From assembly GCA_934481345.1 (NCBI GenBank), contig CAKSPF010000006.1, forward strand, positions 22,770 to 86,769: DNA of 64,000 nt, written 5' to 3'. Shown here piece by piece: positions 47,955 to 57,816 of this stretch (position 1 is its first letter; each line of letters starts with the position of its first letter). The translations under genes and the position numbers were made by a program. This DNA is from an uncultured Clostridia bacterium. GTDB lineage: Bacteria; Bacillota; Clostridia; UMGS1810. The notes below the pieces were generated by a model, which worked only from the letters and a program-made list of their open reading frames with translations, did not search any database and was not told the DNA's origin.

Positions 47955-48809
47955 ATGATAGGCTTGGTTGTTGAAGGCGGCGCCAGCAGAACATATTTTT
48001 CCGTAGGCGTCATGGATGTGCTTATGAAATACGGTATTCATGCCGATTACATTGTGGGGGCATCCGCCGGAATTTCAAATGCAATGAACTATGTTTCCGG
48101 TCAGCCGGGACGCGCACTGGAGATAGGTTTAAAATATGTTCCCGGCAAGGAATACTCCGGATTAAGACATATGTTTAACCCCAAAAACAGAAGTCTGTTT
48201 AATATTGATTATATCTTCAGAAAAATTCCCGATGAGCTTGTTCCGTTTGATTACGAAGCTTTTAAGAATTATAAAGGCGAAGTCGAGGCGGCCGTTACAA
48301 ATGTGCATACCGGAAAACCGGAATATTTAAAGGTCGATCCCGAAAAGGACGGCTGGGAGGTACTTGTGGCATCGTGTTCGCTCCCGATTATGTTTCCTGT
48401 CGAAAAAATCGGTGACAAGGAATATATGGACGGCGGTATTACGGATTCAATACCGTATATGCGTGCTGTTCAGAAAGGCTGTGATAAAATCATAGTAATA
48501 CTTACACGAGAACCTGCTTACAGCAAAAAGAAGTCGCGGGATGCGGAATTTGCCGCAAAATTCTTTGGTAAATATCCTAATTTCAAAACAGCGCTTCTGA
48601 ACAGAAGCGATATGTACAATGGGCAGCGGGATAAACTCAAAGAGCTTGAAAAACAGGGAAAAGCGTTTGTTTTGTATCCGAAGGATACATCTTCATGGAA
48701 GAGAACGGAAAACAGCGCAGAAATGCTTAAAATGATGTATGATGAAGGATACCTTCAGGCAGAAAAACAAATTGCTAAAATAAAAAAATATATTGGATGT
48801 GATATTTAA
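47955..48809 (+). CDS. Patatin-like phospholipase
   Basis: Oxyanion GGASRTYF, nucleophile GASAG (GxSxG), and DGG at the catalytic Asp region (YMDGGITDSIP). Confidence 0.85.
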   Translation: MIGLVVEGGASRTYFSVGVMDVLMKYGIHADYIVGASAGISNAMNYVSGQPGRALEIGLKYVPGKEYSGLRHMFNPKNRSLFNIDYIFRKIPDELVPFDYEAFKNYKGEVEAAVTNVHTGKPEYLKVDPEKDGWEVLVASCSLPIMFPVEKIGDKEYMDGGITDSIPYMRAVQKGCDKIIVILTREPAYSKKKSRDAEFAAKFFGKYPNFKTALLNRSDMYNGQRDKLKELEKQGKAFVLYPKDTSSWKRTENSAEMLKMMYDEGYLQAEKQIAKIKKYIGCDI

Positions 48810-50218
48810 TGAGAAAAGCAGATATAGTGATTGTAGGTTCTGGACCGTCGGGTATTTTCACGGCTTTGGAGCTTATAAGAAACTCAAGCAAAAAGAAAAT
48901 AATAATCGTTGAAAAAGGAAGAGCAATCGAGGACAGGCGCTGTCCGAAATCAAAAACAAAAAAATGTGTAAACTGCAAGCCGTATTGCCACATAACAACC
49001 GGATTTTCCGGAGCCGGTGCGTTTTCCGACGGAAAGCTGTCGCTAAGCAGCGAAGTGGGCGGTGATCTTCCGCAGTTAATCGGTGACGAAATTGTTCAAA
49101 GCACTATCGATTATGCCGATAAAATTTATCTTGAATTCGGTGCGGACTCACATATTGAGGGAATAGGCAACGAGCTTGAAGTTAAGGAAATCAGAAAAAG
49201 AGCCATAAAGGCAGGACTGAAGCTCGTAGATTGCCCGATCCGCCATTTGGGAACAGAGAAGGCGCAGAAATTATACTACGATATTGAGCAGTATCTTATC
49301 AAAAACGGTGTTGAGCTTATATTCGGATATGAGTGTACCAACATAATACTGGACGGTGACACATGCCGCGGTATATACACATCAAACGGTTCATCTCAGG
49401 ATGAAATACATGCGGAGCACACAATAATCGCCACAGGGCGCAGAGGTGCGGACTGGCTTGAAAAAATCTGTGCGGCTCACAATATTGCTCACCAGCCCGG
49501 TACGGTTGATATAGGAGTGAGAGTGGAAGTACGCAACGAGATTATGGAAAAGGTTAACCGAGTGCTTTATGAATCAAAGCTAATAGGTTATCCGAAGCCG
49601 TTTAAAAACAAAGTGAGAACTTTCTGTCAGAATCCCGGAGGCTTTGTAAGCCAGGAAAACTACGACAACAACCTTGCGGTTGTAAACGGTCATTCATACA
49701 AGGAGCTTAAATCCTCCAACACCAATCTTGCGATACTGTGTTCGCACAATTTCAGCGAGCCGTTTAACGAGCCTATAGCGTATGCACAGAAGATAGGCGA
49801 GCTTACGAATATGCTTGCGAGCGGCAATATCCTTGTGCAGAGGTTAGGAGATATTCTGGACGGAAAACGCACATGGGCAAAAGAGCTTTCGCAGTCTAAC
49901 CTTAAACCGACTCTTCCGGACGCTGTTGCGGGTGATATTACAGCGGCTATGCCGTATCGCTCAATGACGAACATTATAAACTTTATTCAGGCAATGGATA
50001 CGGTTGTTCCGGGGTTTGCATCGTATGAAACCCTGCTCTACTCTCCGGAACTTAAATTCTACAGTAACCGTATAAAAATGGACGTTGACCTCAATACAAA
50101 TGTAAAAGGTCTGCACTGTCTGGGTGACTCAAGCGGCTGGACAAGAGGACTTATGATGGCTTCCGTAATGGGTATATTAATGGGAAGAAAGCTGTATGAG
50201 AGAGAAATAAACGAATAA
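48809..50218 (+). CDS. FAD-dependent protein, COG2509-type uncharacterised dehydrogenase
   Basis: The dinucleotide motif IVGSGPSGIF and the overall pattern fit the COG2509 family. The start overlaps the patatin stop by 1 nt. Confidence 0.75.
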   Translation: MRKADIVIVGSGPSGIFTALELIRNSSKKKIIIVEKGRAIEDRRCPKSKTKKCVNCKPYCHITTGFSGAGAFSDGKLSLSSEVGGDLPQLIGDEIVQSTIDYADKIYLEFGADSHIEGIGNELEVKEIRKRAIKAGLKLVDCPIRHLGTEKAQKLYYDIEQYLIKNGVELIFGYECTNIILDGDTCRGIYTSNGSSQDEIHAEHTIIATGRRGADWLEKICAAHNIAHQPGTVDIGVRVEVRNEIMEKVNRVLYESKLIGYPKPFKNKVRTFCQNPGGFVSQENYDNNLAVVNGHSYKELKSSNTNLAILCSHNFSEPFNEPIAYAQKIGELTNMLASGNILVQRLGDILDGKRTWAKELSQSNLKPTLPDAVAGDITAAMPYRSMTNIINFIQAMDTVVPGFASYETLLYSPELKFYSNRIKMDVDLNTNVKGLHCLGDSSGWTRGLMMASVMGILMGRKLYEREINE

Positions 50219-50225
50219 AAAATAA

Positions 50226-50260
50226 AGCTCCGCAGAATGTTTTTTTCTGCGGAGCTGTTT
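50226..50260. terminator. Bidirectional terminator between the FAD protein and the lactonase gene
   Basis: AGCTCCGCAGAA-TGTTTTT-TTCTGCGGAGCT, a 12-bp perfect stem followed by GTTTT. Confidence 0.85.
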
Positions 50261-50262
50261 TA

Positions 50263-51222
50263 TCAGGAGCGGAAAATTACGCAAAGCGGTTCGGTTATAT
50301 TTTCAATTTCAGTGCTTAGTTTTGAAATATTTCCGTCATTTATCTTATAAAAAGTTATTTTATTGTCGCTCATATCCGCACTGACAAGAATATCGTCATA
50401 AATGTTGAAATCCCTCGGATCTCTGCCGACCGGAGCAAATCCCTTTAAAATAAGGTCATTTCCTTGGATTTTAAATACGGCTATTGAATTGTGTCCTCTG
50501 TTTGAAACGTACAAGTAACCGTCTTTTATTCTTATTGCTGCGGCAAGATTATTTTCTTTAAAGCCATCGGGCAGTGCCGGATATGTATTAAGGAGCTTTG
50601 TGTTTTCGCCGTCGTAACGGAATACGCTTACCGATGAAGCAAGCTCGTTTACACAATACATAATTTTGCCGTCATCCGAAAATGCAAGATGTCTTGCGCC
50701 GTGCCCGTCCGGAACACGGACTTTGAATTTAAAATCAAGATTTCTGTCATAAAAATAAATACTGTCCGTTCCCAAATCCGTAACGCAGACAAATTTTTTA
50801 TCGGGTGTTATTCCCACAAAATGCGTGTGCGGCATATCCTGCCGTGACGGATTAATCCCCTTTCCGCTGTGAGTATCTACTGTATCGGGAAATTTAATTA
50901 CATTTCCGGAAAGGTAATTTACTGCATATATATCGTTATTTTCAGCCATAATATGGCATGCAACCACACCTTTTGTAGAAACAATATTTGACGGATTTAC
51001 AAGCTTTCCGTTTTCATCAATATCACAGGCTATAAGACCGCTTTCGTTACTGTTTTCAAACGGTGCGCGCAGCAGTATGTACATTTTATTATTGTCTGCC
51101 GTCATATACATCGGTCTGTCAAAATCTGTTTTTTCGCAGAATGTTATATCGGCGTTTTCATTTGTCTTGAAATGGTATATGCCTCCGTTTTCGGCACATG
51201 AAGCAATGTATAAATCTTTCAT
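50263..51222 (-). CDS. Lactonase, 7-bladed beta-propeller family (6-phosphogluconolactonase-like, PF10282)
   Basis: 319 aa. The repeated beta-blade pattern and HTHFVGITPD and GARHLAFS segments are typical of the family. Confidence 0.75.
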   Translation of the reverse strand: MKDLYIASCAENGGIYHFKTNENADITFCEKTDFDRPMYMTADNNKMYILLRAPFENSNESGLIACDIDENGKLVNPSNIVSTKGVVACHIMAENNDIYAVNYLSGNVIKFPDTVDTHSGKGINPSRQDMPHTHFVGITPDKKFVCVTDLGTDSIYFYDRNLDFKFKVRVPDGHGARHLAFSDDGKIMYCVNELASSVSVFRYDGENTKLLNTYPALPDGFKENNLAAAIRIKDGYLYVSNRGHNSIAVFKIQGNDLILKGFAPVGRDPRDFNIYDDILVSADMSDNKITFYKINDGNISKLSTEIENITEPLCVIFRS

Positions 51223-51247
51223 TTGTTTTCTCCCGGTTATTTTATTT

Positions 51248-51278
51248 AAAAAGGTGCGAAATATAATCGCACCTTTTT
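51248..51278 (-). terminator. Intrinsic terminator of ileS
   Basis: AAAAAGGTGCGA-N7-TCGCACCTTTTT, symmetric with A/T flanks. Confidence 0.85.
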
Positions 51279-51285
51279 ATAAAGC

Positions 51286-54084
51286 TTAAAATTTTATTTT
51301 TTTGACAACATCGGCGCAGCGTTTGCAAAGCTTCGGATGCTCGCTGTCTGTTCCGACTGTTTTTGAGAACATCCAGCAGCGTTCGCATTTTTCGCCCTCT
51401 GCCTGTGATACCTTTATTTTTAAACCGTCAACCTCTTCGCCGTTAAATGCGTCTTCGCAGCCACCCTTTGTTACAGCCGCATCGGAAACGATGAAGATTG
51501 TAACAAAATCTTTTTCACATTCCTTTAAGAAATCATAAAGCTTTCCGTCTGCAAAAAGTTCAACTTTTGCGTTAAGGGAGTGGCCGATTACCTTATCTTT
51601 TCTTGCAAGTTCAAGCGCTTTGCTCACGTCTGCTCTTATTTTTTTGATGTATTCATACTTATCGTTAAGAGCCTCGTTTTCGTATTTATCATTAGCCTTC
51701 GGCATGTTGTTAAATACAACGGCATACTTATCATCACCGGATTTATGCGGCATTGCCTGCCAGATTTCTTCCGATGTGAAGCACAATACCGGAGCGAGAA
51801 GTCTTACAAGTGAGTCAAGTATTATATACATGGCTGTCTGTGCGCTTCTTCTCTCAAAGCTGTGTGCACCCTCTGTATAAAGTCTGTCTTTTATAATGTC
51901 AAGATAGAAGTTACTCATATCAAGAACGCAGAACTGATGTGTAGCAACCTGCATCAGATGGAAGTCGTAGGAGTCATAGTAGCCTATAACTTTTTTAACA
52001 AGGTTGTTTATCTTAAGGAGTGCAAATTTATCAATTTCAAGCATATCATCATATGCAACCATGTCTGTTTCGGGGTTGAACCCTTTTAAGTTGCCGAGCA
52101 TATAGCGGGCTGTGTTTCTTATCTTGCGGTAGCTTTCGGAAATCTGTTTAAGCATGTCGTCGCTGATTTTAACGTCAGACTGATAATCTGCCGAAACAAC
52201 CCAAAGTCTTAATATATCCATACCGTATTTCTGACCGACTTTGAGCGGATCAATTCCGTTTCCGAGAGATTTGGACATTTTTCTGCCGTCCATATCAACT
52301 ACAAAGCCGTGAGTTACTACGTTTTTGTAAGGAGCACCCATTCCCATAGCAACCGAAGTCAGAAGTGATGACTGGAACCAGCCTCTGTACTGATCGTTGC
52401 CTTCAAGGTACAGATCCGCCGGCCATGAAAGCTCGTCATTGCCTTCCAAAACCGCATAATGAGAAGAACCGGAGTCAAACCACACGTCCATGATGTCTTC
52501 TTCCTTGGTAAAGTCTGTGCAGCCGCATTCAGGGCATTTTGCACCGTCGGGGAGCAATTCTTTAGTATCGGATTTATACCATGCGTCCGAGCCTTTTTCT
52601 CTGAAGATTTCGGATATTTTCTCTATTGTTTCATCGTTTATAAGCTCATGTCCGCAGTTTTTGCAGTAGAATATCGGGAGAGGAACTCCCCATTTTCTCT
52701 GTCTGGAGATACACCAGTCGTTTCTGTCTTCAACCATTTTCTTGATGCGGTCTTCGCCCCATGAGGGAATCCAGTTGACATCTTCAATGGCTTTTACAGC
52801 GTCTTTTTTGAAGCCGTCTACAGAAGCAAACCACTGTTCCGTGGCTCTGAATACGATAGGCTTTCCGCAGCGCCAGCAATGCGGATACTGGTGAGCGATA
52901 GGTTCTATTTTTACAAGTGAATTTGTGGATTTTAAGTTTTCCAAAATAGCTTCGTTTGACTTTTCGTAGTACATTCCTGCGAACGGACCGGCTTCTGCGG
53001 TCTGATAACCCTTGGAATCAACCGGAACGACAATCGGAACATCATAATTTCTGCATGCGATAAAGTCGTCGGCACCAAATCCGGGGGCGGTGTGTACGCA
53101 GCCGGTACCTGCATCAAGAGTTACATGGTCGCCTACAATTACCAGAGAATCTCTGTCGAGGAACGGATGGTAGCAGGTGATGTATTCCAAATCCTGACCG
53201 ATAAATTCCTTTACAATCTCATAGCTTTCCAGACCTGCAATCTGAGCGAAGTTTTCCGCAAGCTCTTTTGCCACAACGTAATATTCACCGTTTGCGGAAA
53301 TAAGCGCGTATTCAAACTTAGGATTGAGAGAAATCGCTACGTTTCCGGGGAGAGTCCAGGTTGTTGTCGTCCATATTACAAAGAATATCTTTGACTTGTC
53401 AAATCCGTCAAACATTCCCTTATCATCTTTAACGCGGAATTTTACATATATTGAGTTGGTTTCGTCTTCTTTGTATTCGATTTCTGCTTCTGCAAGTGCA
53501 GTTTCGCAGCCGGTGCACCAATATACCGGTTTCATTCCTTTATAAATAAAGTTTTTCTTTGCCATTGCGCCGAAAACCTTTACCTGCTTTGCTTCAAATT
53601 CCGGATTGAGCGTTATATAAGGGTGGTCAAAATCGCCCAGAACGCCGAGCTGCTTAAATTGCTGCTTTTGATTTTCGATATATCCCACAGCAAATTCACG
53701 GCAGATTTTTCTAAACTCCGACACGTCCATCTCATTTCGGTTTACTTTAAGCTTTTTGATAGCTTTTACCTCTATGGGCAGGCCGTGAGTATCCCATCCG
53801 GGAACATAAGGAGCTTTAAAGCCGCTCATGTTTTTGTAGCGCACGATAATGTCCTTTAATATTTTATTTAAGCTATGGCCCATATGAATGTCGCCGTTTG
53901 CGAACGGAGGACCGTCGTGCAAAACGAATTTCGGTTTGCCGTCGTTTTTCTCCATAAGCTTATAGTACAGTCTTTCTTCGTCCCACTTCTTAACCATTTC
54001 CGGCTCTTTCTGTGCCAGATTTGCTCTCATAGAGAACTCGGTTTCGGGAAGATTAAGGGTTTCTTTGTAATCTAATTCTTCCAC
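51286..54084 (-). CDS. ileS: Isoleucine--tRNA ligase (type 1, with C-terminal zinc finger)
   Basis: HIGH-type motif [12 protein letters not shown], a CP1 editing domain, and C-terminal CERCW...CKRC. GTG start. Confidence 0.96.
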   Translation of the reverse strand: MEELDYKETLNLPETEFSMRANLAQKEPEMVKKWDEERLYYKLMEKNDGKPKFVLHDGPPFANGDIHMGHSLNKILKDIIVRYKNMSGFKAPYVPGWDTHGLPIEVKAIKKLKVNRNEMDVSEFRKICREFAVGYIENQKQQFKQLGVLGDFDHPYITLNPEFEAKQVKVFGAMAKKNFIYKGMKPVYWCTGCETALAEAEIEYKEDETNSIYVKFRVKDDKGMFDGFDKSKIFFVIWTTTTWTLPGNVAISLNPKFEYALISANGEYYVVAKELAENFAQIAGLESYEIVKEFIGQDLEYITCYHPFLDRDSLVIVGDHVTLDAGTGCVHTAPGFGADDFIACRNYDVPIVVPVDSKGYQTAEAGPFAGMYYEKSNEAILENLKSTNSLVKIEPIAHQYPHCWRCGKPIVFRATEQWFASVDGFKKDAVKAIEDVNWIPSWGEDRIKKMVEDRNDWCISRQRKWGVPLPIFYCKNCGHELINDETIEKISEIFREKGSDAWYKSDTKELLPDGAKCPECGCTDFTKEEDIMDVWFDSGSSHYAVLEGNDELSWPADLYLEGNDQYRGWFQSSLLTSVAMGMGAPYKNVVTHGFVVDMDGRKMSKSLGNGIDPLKVGQKYGMDILRLWVVSADYQSDVKISDDMLKQISESYRKIRNTARYMLGNLKGFNPETDMVAYDDMLEIDKFALLKINNLVKKVIGYYDSYDFHLMQVATHQFCVLDMSNFYLDIIKDRLYTEGAHSFERRSAQTAMYIILDSLVRLLAPVLCFTSEEIWQAMPHKSGDDKYAVVFNNMPKANDKYENEALNDKYEYIKKIRADVSKALELARKDKVIGHSLNAKVELFADGKLYDFLKECEKDFVTIFIVSDAAVTKGGCEDAFNGEEVDGLKIKVSQAEGEKCERCWMFSKTVGTDSEHPKLCKRCADVVKKIKF

Positions 54085-54131
54085 TTATATTGCAACTCCT
54101 TTTGGTAAACCCCGGTCAGGGCATTATTTTG

Positions 54132-54578
54132 TTATTCTGTCTTAAAATTATTTACAACATCTATCTGAGCATTAAGCATGCCTACAGCCTGGCTTTTGTA
54201 AAGCTCCATAGCCGTTTTGAGCTCTGCAAGCTTTCCGTTAAGCTGCTTTATGTTGTTTTCTGCTTCATCAATTATTGCTTTTGCCTTTACGTTTGCTTCG
54301 GCAATTGTAATTTCGGCTTTTTCCCTTGCGTTTTTGGATACTTCCTCAGCCGTGGTCTGAGCTATAATGAGGGAGTTTTTCATAGTATCCTCCATTGCTT
54401 TATAGCTGTCTACAAGTTTTGTAAGAGCGTTAATTTTGTCGGCAGATTCGATAGAAGATTTATAAATCTTTTCATAGTCTGCCACAATCAGCTCTATGTA
54501 GCTGTCAACCTCGTTTTTGTCATAACCGTTTAACGATTTTTTAAAGGTTTTTGTTTGTATATCCAATGGTGTTAACAT
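54132..54578 (-). CDS. divIVA: DivIVA-domain cell division protein
   Basis: The N-terminus MLTPLDIQTKTFKKSLNGYDKNEVDSYI is the DivIVA lipid-binding domain. It is followed by a coiled coil. Confidence 0.9.
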   Translation of the reverse strand: MLTPLDIQTKTFKKSLNGYDKNEVDSYIELIVADYEKIYKSSIESADKINALTKLVDSYKAMEDTMKNSLIIAQTTAEEVSKNAREKAEITIAEANVKAKAIIDEAENNIKQLNGKLAELKTAMELYKSQAVGMLNAQIDVVNNFKTE

Positions 54579-54598
54579 ATTAAATCCCCCTTTATATG

Positions 54599-55369
54599 TT
54601 AAATATATTTTTTCACACTTATATGAATTCTTCCCTTGCGCGTAACGGTATTATCCGTTTCTATAATTACCTTTCCAAAACCCCTCAGCGACAGTACATC
54701 GCCGCTTTTGATATGTGCAGATACATTTTTTACCGCACTGTGATTTATAAAAGCAAGCCCCTGCCCTATTAATGATGATATTTCCGAGCGGGATTTGCCG
54801 CACACCGCGCTGAGAACGCAGTCGAAACGCATTGACGACACCGTAAGGCTTAATTCTTTAAACTGTCTTTGGATATTCAGTCCCGACAAATTGTCGATAC
54901 GCTCGAGTTTTACCCCGGCAGACGCAACGCGCGTTAAATTTGTAATTATAAATTCCGAAATCTCTGTCGTGCAGAAAAGCACAGCATAAGAATCATTAAT
55001 TACAATATCTCCCAAAAGCTCCCTTGTTATGCCGAGAGATAAAAGAGAACCGAGATAATCTCTGTGTGAATACACGCTTTTGTTTTTTGCTGTAATTTTA
55101 ACGGCGCAAATCGGAAAATCCGTATTGCCATCCAAGCTTCCGAATGCGGCAACCGTGCGGTCGGCACCGTCATAGCCTCCGAAATACGAAATCGGTATTT
55201 CGTTTGAAAACCTGCTTTCTGCAAGAAGTCTTTGTCCGGGATTTAAAAATTTTGAATACATTACCCTGCCGGTGTTGATGCTTTTTGCGGCAATATCGCA
55301 CATTTTAGATAAAAACAGCTTGTCCTCGCTGTCTGTTATACCCCACAAAATCTGTTTTTTGTTTATCAT
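54599..55369 (-). CDS. ylmH: YlmH-like S4-domain RNA-binding protein
   Basis: 256 aa with a C-terminal S4 domain (MRFDCVLSAVCGKSRSEISSLIGQGLAFINH). Position between sepF and divIVA. Confidence 0.85.
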   Translation of the reverse strand: MINKKQILWGITDSEDKLFLSKMCDIAAKSINTGRVMYSKFLNPGQRLLAESRFSNEIPISYFGGYDGADRTVAAFGSLDGNTDFPICAVKITAKNKSVYSHRDYLGSLLSLGITRELLGDIVINDSYAVLFCTTEISEFIITNLTRVASAGVKLERIDNLSGLNIQRQFKELSLTVSSMRFDCVLSAVCGKSRSEISSLIGQGLAFINHSAVKNVSAHIKSGDVLSLRGFGKVIIETDNTVTRKGRIHISVKKYI

Positions 55370-55372
55370 GGT

Positions 55373-55834
55373 CTAAAAAAAGTCGAACAGTCCCTGAGTT
55401 TTAAGCTCATCGGAGAAGTCGCCCATTATTCCCATAGTATACGGAACCACAAGCAGTATTCCGTTGGAAACCTTCTGCATGCTGCCGTCCAGTGCAAAAA
55501 CCGCACCGCTCAGAAAGTCTACAATTTTCCTTGCGGTATCCTTATCAAGCTTTTCAAGGTTAACTACAACGGGTTTCTTTGATTTTAAATGTCCTGCTAT
55601 CTCTGTAGCGTCACTGTATGTAGTAGGCTGCAAAACAACTACTTTAAGCTGTGTCGTAGCGTGAATATTAACAACCTTGCTTTTCTTGGATGTGTGTCCG
55701 TATGCAGGCAAATCACTGCTTTTGGATTTTGGCTGAGGAGCATATATTTCATCTTTTTCTTCAGCAAAATCCTCCTCGTCGCCTGCATCGCCGATGCCCA
55801 TGAAATTCATAACCTTATTAATTAAATCACTCAT
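55373..55834 (-). CDS. sepF: Cell division protein SepF
   Basis: N-terminal amphipathic MSDLINKVMNFMGI. C-terminal SepF core VVVLQPTTYSDATEIAGHLKSKKPVVVNLEKLD. Confidence 0.9.
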   Translation of the reverse strand: MSDLINKVMNFMGIGDAGDEEDFAEEKDEIYAPQPKSKSSDLPAYGHTSKKSKVVNIHATTQLKVVVLQPTTYSDATEIAGHLKSKKPVVVNLEKLDKDTARKIVDFLSGAVFALDGSMQKVSNGILLVVPYTMGIMGDFSDELKTQGLFDFF

Positions 55835-55889
55835 AACTTAAACCTTTCCTCCTGCCGCATATATTATATAAGCATATGCGGAATATTTT

Positions 55890-56573
55890 TCATGTCTGTC
55901 TGAACAAGCCTCTGCCGAGTCTTACCATTGTTGAATTCTCTTCAACTGCAATTACATAGTCGTTACTCATGCCCATAGACAAATAATCCATAGTAACATT
56001 ATCTAATTTTTTTGTTAATATGTCAACAGAAATTTTGTACAAAGTTGAAAAAATTTGATGAAGTTTGCTGTCATCTGCTCCAAAAGGCGCCATTGTCATT
56101 AAGCCTTTTACCCGTATATTCGGCAAGCCGCATATACTTTTTATAAATTCTGCGGTTTCTTCCGGTTTAATTCCGCTTTTGGTTTCTTCGCCCGATACAT
56201 TTACCTCTACAAGAATATTCATTACCTTATTTATTTTTTGGCACTGCTTATTTATCTCTTCGGCAAGCTCAACGGATTCAACCGAATGTATCATAAAAAC
56301 CTTGTCTGCAATATATTTTACTTTGTTTTTTTGAAGATTGCCTATTAGGTGCCATACGGCGGATTTATCGACTTCGTCATACTTTGAGAGCAACTCCTGA
56401 ACGCGGTTTTCGCCGATGTCCGTGATGCCGAGCGATATTGCTTTGTTGATAGTCTGTGCGTCTACTGTTTTTGTAACGGCAAGAATTTTCACGCTTTCGG
56501 GATTTCTGCCTGTCCGTTTGCATGCGTCTTCAATGTTTTTTCTTATTACAGTAAGATTTTGCTCAATACTCAT
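55890..56573 (-). CDS. ylmE: YggS/YlmE family pyridoxal-phosphate homeostasis protein
   Basis: ILAVTKT PLP lysine motif. The start was moved to 56573, preceded by AAGGGGGTG. The ORF track start is 56651. Confidence 0.9.
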   Translation of the reverse strand: MSIEQNLTVIRKNIEDACKRTGRNPESVKILAVTKTVDAQTINKAISLGITDIGENRVQELLSKYDEVDKSAVWHLIGNLQKNKVKYIADKVFMIHSVESVELAEEINKQCQKINKVMNILVEVNVSGEETKSGIKPEETAEFIKSICGLPNIRVKGLMTMAPFGADDSKLHQIFSTLYKISVDILTKKLDNVTMDYLSMGMSNDYVIAVEENSTMVRLGRGLFRQT

Positions 56574-56586
56574 ATAAACACCCCCT

Positions 56587-57816
56587 TTACCGCAAAGACC
56601 TTTGCTGTTTGCTGAGTCTTTTTCCGACTTCGTAATTTCCGGAGGATACAATTACCTCATCATAGAGCAAAAGTCCTCCGCTTGCGTTATTTTCTTCGAC
56701 AATTGCGCTTTTGTTGTCTTTATAATATATATTTACCGGTTTAAACTTGACAATGCCGTCTGACAGAATGTATACTCCGGTAGTGTTATCCTGTACTCTG
56801 ATTGCCTGAGAAGGAATTTTCAGACCTGAGTATCTGTTTTTTACAAAATCAATTTTAACAAATCTTTCTTTGGAGGACCAGTCGCACGAAACGTCTGATG
56901 TTGCTACCAAAACATATTTGCCGTTGTCCGGCGCGGATATGTATGTTATCTTTGCATCCGCTTCTTCGTTTGAATCCGGAATTCTCAGAGAAACCGTATC
57001 GCCCGATTTCAGACCGGCAAGTTCATTTTCTGTCGCAATTACAGCGACCGCCCACTCAAAGCTGTCTATTATTTTGCATACAACTTTTCCGTTTGTCTTT
57101 TTTGAAACAGATGTTTCTGCTTTTTTCAGTGATTCAAAATCTTCCGGAGTAAGCTTGTCTGCCGCGTCCAGGGAAACCATTTCTTCGTATCCGTCTATTT
57201 TTGTACTGAATATACCGGGCACCGGTGAATACAAATCCTGTTTTTCCGAGGAAAGTCTTTTTTCATACTCAGCCTTTTCGGCTTTGAGCTCGGCAAGCAT
57301 TTTTTCCGAGTAACCGTCATCGCCCGAAAGAGCGTTTCTTTTGTCATTTAACAATCCGAGTTCGTTTTTGATGCTTACAAGCTTGGCAACATCGCGGTTT
57401 TCATATGCTGTCATCAATTCGGATATTTTAGCATTTATTCCCGATTCTATTCTGTAATTATCGGCATATACTTCTCCCGAGGAAGCAATTATGCCTTCAA
57501 TCTCGTTTATTCGTTCATTTACTCCGGTAAGCTTCTTTTTTGTATCCTCGTCTACGTTATCCTCGTAAACGCTTGCGATAAGCTTACCCTTTCGTACCAT
57601 TTCGTTTTCAACAGCTGCAGCTTCAAGAACACCGCTTTTATCGGATTTCACCAGGGTTTCGTCACGGAGTATTATCCCGTCAAAGGAATATGATTTTTCC
57701 ATTTCGCCGTGCTGAACCATTTGAGTTTCAACTCCGGGATTTAAAATTTTTATAAAATTAACGGTAACAAAAACAAGTAATGCCGCAATGAGGAAAAATT
57801 TAAGGAATTTATTCAT
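56587..57816 (-). CDS. HlyD/membrane-fusion-protein-like protein (N-terminal TM, barrel-sandwich and coiled-coil hairpin)
   Basis: 409 aa. N-terminal TM helix, a lipoyl-like segment (GVLEAAAVENEMVRKGKLIASVY), a long coiled coil and a C-terminal beta domain. No transporter partner lies adjacent. 4-nt overlap with miaA. Confidence 0.65.
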   Translation of the reverse strand: MNKFLKFFLIAALLVFVTVNFIKILNPGVETQMVQHGEMEKSYSFDGIILRDETLVKSDKSGVLEAAAVENEMVRKGKLIASVYEDNVDEDTKKKLTGVNERINEIEGIIASSGEVYADNYRIESGINAKISELMTAYENRDVAKLVSIKNELGLLNDKRNALSGDDGYSEKMLAELKAEKAEYEKRLSSEKQDLYSPVPGIFSTKIDGYEEMVSLDAADKLTPEDFESLKKAETSVSKKTNGKVVCKIIDSFEWAVAVIATENELAGLKSGDTVSLRIPDSNEEADAKITYISAPDNGKYVLVATSDVSCDWSSKERFVKIDFVKNRYSGLKIPSQAIRVQDNTTGVYILSDGIVKFKPVNIYYKDNKSAIVEENNASGGLLLYDEVIVSSGNYEVGKRLSKQQRSLR

